Assembly: GCA_965243025.1 (NCBI GenBank)
Contig: CBDETY010000003.1
Location: forward strand, 5,152,001-5,216,000
Length of the DNA: 64,000 nt
Direction of reading: 5' to 3'
DNA from: Candidatus Latescibacterota bacterium
GTDB lineage: Bacteria > Latescibacterota > UBA2968 > UBA8231
The notes under the pieces are model-generated. The model searched no databases, was not told where the DNA came from, and saw only the letters and a list, made by a program, of their open reading frames with translations. Shown here piece after piece: positions 58,259-64,000 of the stretch. Numbering within the stretch: the first letter of the stretch is position 1; each line of letters opens with the position of its first letter. A program made the position numbers and the translations under genes.

Positions 58259-59369
58259 ATGGAACTCCCGTACGAGATTCGCGATCCGGTCCACGGCTTC
58301 ATCGGCATCAGCGCGTGGGAACGGGATATCCTGAACCATCCGGCTCTCCAAAGGCTGAGACGAATCCGCCAGCTCGGTCTGAGCGATATGGTCTATCCGG
58401 GGAGCGTGCACACCCGGTTCGAGCATTCACTCGGGGTAATGCATGTCGCTTCGAGGATGTTCAGCGAGATCCGTGTGCGCTCACCAAATCTTCTGAAAAA
58501 GCTGAAATACGAGAGTGCAGGACTGGACCGCCAACACGCGTTGATTCGGATCACTGCACTGGTACACGACGTGGGACACGCCCCTTTTCACATGCGGCAG
58601 AGGAACTCATGGAGAGGGAAGAGGGGGAGGAGTTATCTCACGAGCATTACACCGCAGGCGTGGTAAAGCACTTGCTTCGGGACGTGATCGAGAACCATCC
58701 GGCAAACACCAATTTTGGGTTTCGCGCTGACGAGGTGACGGCCTTGCTTTCGGGCGAGACAGAGATGGGACATCAGCAGCTCCTGTGGCGGGAACTGATC
58801 TCTGGACAATTGGATGCGGACCGTGCCGACTATCTGCTGCGGGACGCCTATCACGCGGGAGTGGAGTACGGGTATGCTGGAAGTAGACACGGGAGGTGCT
58901 TGAGAACGATGCGAAGCAAACAGGGCGAGCGACGTTGTTGCCACCGGCCGGCGACGCAGACAGCCTCGAGAAGTATCTCTCCTGGGATGACTGGCGAGTC
59001 CTGGGGCGGGTGAAAGAAGGGGAAGGGGGTGAGCATCGGGCTGCATTGCTGAAGCGCAAGCATTTTCGGCGCGTCTTCGAGACGACGGAGGTACCTTCGG
59101 AAGAGGATCTCAAGCTGTTTGAGAAAATTACAGGCGAACTTGGCGATATGGTCGGATTCGTGGACAAGGCGGAGAGTTCCTGGTACCGGCAGGAGGCCGA
59201 TCCCCTGATTGTTGGAAGGGACGGAGTGAAGCGACTTTCCCAACTATCGACCATCGTCGGCAGCATGAAAACGGTAAACCGCCACAGGGTCTACGTACGA
59301 CCGTCGGATCGAGAGCGGGCGGAGCAAGTGGTGGCGTCTTGTGAGAGGAGGAAAATGACAGATGGCTGA
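58259..59369 (+). pseudogene. HD-domain phosphohydrolase (YwfO/SAMHD1-like), disrupted
   Basis: IRDPVHG, QRLRRIRQLG, RFEHSLG, HDVGH; frameshift at about 58585 (APF|SH); DADRADYLLRD; second break and apparent deletion at about 58872. Confidence 0.85.
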
Positions 59370-59940
59370 AACTCCCTTGAAATTCAAGGTGCCTTGGGAG
59401 CGGTATGGGCTGATTGCCGCGGTGGTCAAGGCCCTGCATCAGAGATCGCCCCAGCTTGGGAAGACGGCCTTGCAGAAGATCGTTTACCTGCTTCAGGCCC
59501 TGGCCGGGGTCCAGGCTGGATATCGGTTCCGGTTCTATACGTACGGTCCGTTTTCAGTCGAGCTGCTGCAGGACCTTGACCTGGTCGAGGGCCTGGAGGG
59601 AGTGAAAATCCATCGCGTGGTGAGTCTGATGGGTGGGTTCAGTATCGAGCCTGGCGAAAATGCGGACGGTCTGATCCGGAAGGCGAGCAGCCTGCTGGAG
59701 GAACAGGGGGGAAATGAAAAGATCTCCCGGATCGTTGGGGATTTCGGTGATCTTCCCGCACGGGATCTGGAGTTGCGCGCTACGGTTGTCTACGTGGTGC
59801 GGGATCTCCAACGCAGAGAGGAGAGCGTCGAAAAGAGCCGTGTCATGGAAATCGTCGGCAAGTTGAAACCAAGGTTTGACAGGTCAGAAATCGAAAGTTC
59901 AATCTCGGATCTGTCAGAGTATATGGAGTTGCCTGACTGA
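59362..59940 (+). CDS. YwgA/DUF4065 (Panacea/SocA-like) putative antitoxin
   Basis: GKTALQKIVYLLQ, F.FYTYGPFS.EL, LEL.AT; overlaps the HD gene end. Confidence 0.7.
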   Translation: MAETPLKFKVPWERYGLIAAVVKALHQRSPQLGKTALQKIVYLLQALAGVQAGYRFRFYTYGPFSVELLQDLDLVEGLEGVKIHRVVSLMGGFSIEPGENADGLIRKASSLLEEQGGNEKISRIVGDFGDLPARDLELRATVVYVVRDLQRREESVEKSRVMEIVGKLKPRFDRSEIESSISDLSEYMELPD

Positions 59941-60054
59941 CCCCAGGCCCGGAGAAAAACCATGCCTCTCCAATGCGCGTCGGTCGGACAGTTCTGCACT
60001 CTGACCGGCGAGACACTCACCTTCATTCATCAAGCAGACCGGCGTTGACGATTT
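59857..60054 (+). repeat. Left copy of a ~198-bp diverged direct repeat
   Basis: Intact YwgA-like 3' end plus a decayed uxuA-like 5' end; aligns with 61790-61987. Confidence 0.8.
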
Positions 60055-60088
60055 GAAGTGCCGCTCCAAGAGCGTGCACGCGTCCGGA

Positions 60089-61552
60089 TCAGGCAACGCC
60101 GGCCAGCGCCTCCTTCCCGAACTGCTCGACGGCATCCAGCGTCTCCCGCACGTCGTTCCAGGTCGTGGTGTGGTTGAGGATACACAGCCTGAGGGCAAAG
60201 GTCCCGTGAAGAAGCGTCGATGAAATGAACGCGCGCTCGTCCCAGAATACGCGGGAAAGCACGGTCCTGTTGACCTTGTCCAGCGCATCTTCATCGAGGT
60301 CGGTGCCTTCAGGGTTGACCCGGAAACACACGATTCCCAACGACGCGGGATTCACGATCTCCAGGTAAAGACTCCCCTGGACGTAGCTCTCGGCCCGGGC
60401 GGCAAGCTCCATCCCCCTGGCCACGGCGCTCCGGAAAGCAACCATACCGAAGGTCTGGATCGACACCCAGACCTTCAAGGCACGAACCGAGCGACTCAGC
60501 TGCAAGCCGCGGTCCGAGAAGTTCGGGTGATTCGCCCCCCAGATGGTGTCCTGCAGGACATCGTGCTTGACAGCGAATGCACGCTCGAGTGTGCGCAGGT
60601 CTTTCACCAGGAGGCAACCTGCCTCATACGGCTGGAAGAACCACTTGTGAGCGTCCAGCCCGATCGAATCGGCGCGCTCGATTCCTCGCAGCAGCCCCTG
60701 GCCCTCTTCGGTCACGATCGCGAAGCCCCCGTATGCGGCGTCCACGTGCAGCCAGATTCCTTCGGCCTCGCAGAAATCGGCCATGGCTTCGAGGGGGTCG
60801 ATGGCCCCGGTGCTGGCCGCCCCGGCGTTGGCGCATGCCGCGATGGGATTGAATCCGGCCGCGCGGTCGTCGGCGACGGCGCGCGCGAGGGCGGCCACGT
60901 CCAGACGGAATCGCCGGTCGGTCGGAATCATGCGGACGCACTCCGGGCGAACGCCGACGATCCGTGCCGCGCGGACGTGGGCGCTATGGCTCTGGTCGCT
61001 CATGTACACTGTCGCTCGCTCAGGGTGGCCGGCCTCTTCCCGTGCCGCGACAAAGGCGTCGACGCTGGCCGCCGAGCCCCCGCTGGTGAACAGTCCGCCT
61101 GCGGTCTCAGGGTAGCCGAGCCAGCATCGGATCCAGTCGACGACGACCAGTTCCAGCTGGCTCGGGCCGCTCGAGGTCAGCCAGGTGCACTGGTTGACCT
61201 GGTACCCGGCGGCCATGAAATCGGCCAGCACTCCGGGCCAGGTGGGGGATGAGGGGATGAACCCGAAGAAACGGGGGTGATCGATTCGCGCCGCAACCGG
61301 GAGGATCTTTCTCGCCGCCCGCTCGAGGACCTCGGCTGCGGGACGGCCCTTCTCGGGCGGATCCTCCACCAGTTGGGCCTCGAGCTCCTGCCGGAAATCT
61401 CCCTCCCAGGGACTTTCACCGGACAGGCCCTCGATTCGCTCCACGATGAGCCCGGCGGTCTTGTGTGCAAGCTCGAGCATCATTTCGGGCGGCATCTGCA
61501 AACTGTCAGGAGTTTCGTCCGGCGATCCCTTTTGCTTCGAGTCATCTGACAT
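60089..61552 (-). CDS. Group II PLP-dependent decarboxylase (aromatic-L-amino-acid decarboxylase-like)
   Basis: HPRFFGFIP, TSGGS, HSAH, GAIDPL, WLHVDAAYGG, DAHKWFFQPY. Confidence 0.9.
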   Translation of the reverse strand: MSDDSKQKGSPDETPDSLQMPPEMMLELAHKTAGLIVERIEGLSGESPWEGDFRQELEAQLVEDPPEKGRPAAEVLERAARKILPVAARIDHPRFFGFIPSSPTWPGVLADFMAAGYQVNQCTWLTSSGPSQLELVVVDWIRCWLGYPETAGGLFTSGGSAASVDAFVAAREEAGHPERATVYMSDQSHSAHVRAARIVGVRPECVRMIPTDRRFRLDVAALARAVADDRAAGFNPIAACANAGAASTGAIDPLEAMADFCEAEGIWLHVDAAYGGFAIVTEEGQGLLRGIERADSIGLDAHKWFFQPYEAGCLLVKDLRTLERAFAVKHDVLQDTIWGANHPNFSDRGLQLSRSVRALKVWVSIQTFGMVAFRSAVARGMELAARAESYVQGSLYLEIVNPASLGIVCFRVNPEGTDLDEDALDKVNRTVLSRVFWDERAFISSTLLHGTFALRLCILNHTTTWNDVRETLDAVEQFGKEALAGVA

Positions 61553-61833
61553 CGACAGCTCCATGGTTGTGGTCTCCTTTATGGCAACTTGAAACCAAGG
61601 TTCAAAATCAAACGAGATTGAGTTCACCATTTTTACTTCGAGTCATCTGACATCGGCAGCCTCCATTGGTTGTGGTCTCCTCTATGGCAACTTGAAACCA
61701 AGGTTCAAAGTCATACGAGATTGAGTTCACTATTTTTACTTCGAGTCATCTGACATCGACAGCCTCCATTTGGTTGCGGTCTCCTCTACGGCAACTTGAA
61801 ACCAAGGTTCAAAACATACGAGATTGCAGTTCA
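61535..61833. repeat. Three tandem ~101-103-bp repeats spanning the decarboxylase start and leader
   Basis: Unit cttcgagtcatctgacatc...ggcaacttgaaaccaaggttcaaa...gagattg.agttca starts at 61535, 61636 and 61739. Confidence 0.9.
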
Positions 61834-61987
61834 ACAACCCGATCTTTCAGGGAAGTTGGAGTTGCCTGACTGATCCCCAGGGCCGGAGAAAAACCATGAC
61901 CCTTCCCATGCGCGTCGGTCTCGGACAGTTCAACACCCTGACCGACGAGATGCTCACCTTCATAAAGCAGATCGGCGTCGACGATTT
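61790..61987 (+). repeat. Right copy of the ~198-bp diverged direct repeat
   Basis: Decayed YwgA-like 3' end plus the intact uxuA-like start; shares ggagttgcctgactga...ccggagaaaaaccatg. Confidence 0.8.
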
Positions 61988-62876
61988 CCTGATGAACATG
62001 GTCCAAGGCTCCTCGCTGCCCGGGGACCATCAGTGGGAGTACCAAGACCTTCTGGCGCTCAGACAGCGCGCCGACGCCGCCGGGCTCCGCCTGATGGCGA
62101 TCGAGAACGTCCCCTTCTCCTTCTACGACAAGGCGATGCTCGGGCTGCCGGGGCGCGACGGGCAGATCGCCCACATGCAGGCGACGATCCGCAACCTCGG
62201 CAGGGCCGGCATCCCGACGCTGGGGTATCACTGGGTCCCCAACGGGGTCTGGCGCACCCCGGATCCGGCGGTGCTCCCCGGCGGAGCGAGGGGCACCCGC
62301 TTCGACCTGGCCGCCCACGAGGATAAAGGGTTCACCCACGGCCGCGAGTTCACCGCCGACGAGATGTGGGAGAACTACCAGTACTACCTCGAGCGCATCC
62401 TGCCGGTCGCAGAAGAGGCCGGCGTCCGTCTCGCCCTGCACCCTGACGATCCGCCGGTCCCCTCGCTGGGCGGCATCGCGCGGATCTTCGGCAGCTTCGA
62501 CGCCTTCCGGCGCGCCATGGATCGCTTCGACAGCCCCAACCACGGCCTCAACTTCTGCATGGGCTGCTGGTCGGAGATGGGGGGCCACGACAATGTCGTC
62601 AGGGCAATCCGCCACTTCGGCGGCCAGGGGAAGATCGTCTACGTCCACTTCCGCGACGTGCAGGGGCAGATCCCCTGCTTCAACGAGTGCTTCATCGGCG
62701 ACGGCAACGTCAACACCTTCGAGGTGGTAAAGACCCTCAGGGAGGTCGGCTTCACCGGCTTCATGATCCCCGACCACGTGCCGGCGACCGACGGCGATTC
62801 ATCCTGGCACCACCGGGGCCGCGCCCATGCCGTAGGCTACATGAAGGCGCTGCTGCAGGTGGTGGAGCAGCTGTAG
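61896..62876 (+). CDS. Mannonate dehydratase (UxuA) family protein
   Basis: NLGRAGIP...Y.W, YYLERILPVAEEAGVRLALHPDDPP, HFRDV, PDHVP. Confidence 0.85.
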   Translation: MTLPMRVGLGQFNTLTDEMLTFIKQIGVDDFLMNMVQGSSLPGDHQWEYQDLLALRQRADAAGLRLMAIENVPFSFYDKAMLGLPGRDGQIAHMQATIRNLGRAGIPTLGYHWVPNGVWRTPDPAVLPGGARGTRFDLAAHEDKGFTHGREFTADEMWENYQYYLERILPVAEEAGVRLALHPDDPPVPSLGGIARIFGSFDAFRRAMDRFDSPNHGLNFCMGCWSEMGGHDNVVRAIRHFGGQGKIVYVHFRDVQGQIPCFNECFIGDGNVNTFEVVKTLREVGFTGFMIPDHVPATDGDSSWHHRGRAHAVGYMKALLQVVEQL

Positions 62877-62889
62877 CCGCGGTCCCCGC

Positions 62890-63876
62890 CTATTGCGCCA
62901 CATCCGCGGGGCGGCCGCTTGCCCGGGAGGCGTACACCCCCTCGGTCAGCTGCGCCACCCGCAGTCCGCAGATGCCGGGGGCCTGCACTTCCGCCCGGCC
63001 CTGGATGGCGTCGATGAAATTGTGTGCCGGCGACGCGCCCCCGCCGGCCGGCCGCGGCAGCAGGATGTCCTCCCCCCGCCTGTGGACCATCAGCGGTTCG
63101 GCGGCTCCGAACCTCATCACCCCTTCCGTCCCGTAGAAGGTGAACTCCTCCCGCCACTCCGGCGAGAGCGAGGTGTAGGCCAGGGTGCCGACGGCGCCGT
63201 TGGTGAACTCGACGGTAACCGCGGTGAGCACGTCGACATCGGTGCCCTCCTGGTTGATGAAGGCCTGGACGCGCTTCGGCTCGAGGCCGGTTGCCCACAG
63301 CAGGATGTCGTTGATGTGGCTGCCGGTGTCCATGAAGTGGCCCCCGCCGGACAGCGCCGGGTCGGCCCGCCAGGAGGCTCCCGGAAGGAAGATGGACAGG
63401 CAGTCCTGGGCGATGATGGCGTGGACCAGGCGTATCTCGCCGATGGCGCCGCCGAGGAGCAGCTTGCGGGCGCGGATGAAGCGCCCTTCTCCGTGTCTCT
63501 GGTAAGCGATGGCCAGCACCTTGCCCGAGACCGCGGCGGCGTCGAGGATTCCCCGGGCATCGGCCGCAGTGGTCGTCATCGGCTTCTCGACAAGGACGTG
63601 CAGGCCCGCCCGCAGGCACTGCCGCACCTGCTCTCCGTGCTGGGTGTGCGGAGTGGCGACGACGACGGCGTCGAGACCCCCTTCCGCGAGCAGCTGTTTC
63701 CAGTCCCGGAACTGCGCCGCCTCTTCGCCGCCGAGGGAGCGCTGCAGCTGCGCCATCGAATCCCCGTCGGTGTCGCAGAGCGCCGCGATGCAGGCGTCGT
63801 CCCGCTGCGAGATCTGGTTCGCGTGGTGCCTTCCCATGCCCCCGGTCCCGATGATACCTGTCCGGATCGCCGTCAC
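62890..63876 (-). CDS. Gfo/Idh/MocA oxidoreductase
   Basis: GTGGMG, ATP...H, EKPM, GGG.FMDTGSH. Confidence 0.87.
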   Translation of the reverse strand: MTAIRTGIIGTGGMGRHHANQISQRDDACIAALCDTDGDSMAQLQRSLGGEEAAQFRDWKQLLAEGGLDAVVVATPHTQHGEQVRQCLRAGLHVLVEKPMTTTAADARGILDAAAVSGKVLAIAYQRHGEGRFIRARKLLLGGAIGEIRLVHAIIAQDCLSIFLPGASWRADPALSGGGHFMDTGSHINDILLWATGLEPKRVQAFINQEGTDVDVLTAVTVEFTNGAVGTLAYTSLSPEWREEFTFYGTEGVMRFGAAEPLMVHRRGEDILLPRPAGGGASPAHNFIDAIQGRAEVQAPGICGLRVAQLTEGVYASRASGRPADVAQ

Positions 63877-64000
63877 CGTGTTCCTTTCGTCCTGCCCGCG
63901 GCCGCGGGCTGTTGCACTCCCCGCCGGGGTTTTCCCCGCCGGGCGAAGCGGCTAAAATAGCCGCCCTCAATTATGGTTCAACTCGATACATACCCCCTGG

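Noticed and set aside
61535-61833. CRISPR array
   Set aside because: The whole ~102-bp unit repeats with no unique spacers, and there are no cas genes
63973-64000. Start of a further CDS (MVQLDTYPL...)
   Set aside because: Only nine codons lie inside the window, too little to support a call

Overview
GC-rich bacterial chromosomal window with about 50 CDSs. I saw no rRNA, tRNA, CRISPR array or transposase. The gene content suggests an FCB-superphylum organism such as Latescibacterota, possibly host- or sponge-associated; this is inference from the C-terminal (S/T)WGxIK proteins, an FlgD-Ig-tailed secreted protein, a DUF5686-like OMP, several PhyH and Gfo/Idh/MocA genes, and ankyrin/kelch/BNR proteins. 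Housekeeping and catabolic genes (prs, DAHP synthase, DinG-like helicase, mtnP, crcB, melA, uxuA-like) are interleaved with accessory modules. Main observations: (1) an AT-richer tandem array of four mosaic paralogous secreted proteins plus a fifth distant copy, all ending in a WGxIK tail that looks like a sorting signal; (2) a PhyH-fold enzyme with H-C-A instead of HxD, a halogenase-type iron site; (3) truncated-globin/ankyrin and DUF455-diiron/ATP-grasp fusions; (4) three TACTAAT-N9-AT(T/C)AGTA palindromes that bracket an R-M pair and a Fic gene; (5) repeated loss or attenuation of toxins while antitoxins stay intact; (6) a PLP decarboxylase inserted between ~198-bp diverged direct repeats, with a triplicated leader that creates uORFs. 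All family assignments come from motif recognition by eye, not database searches.
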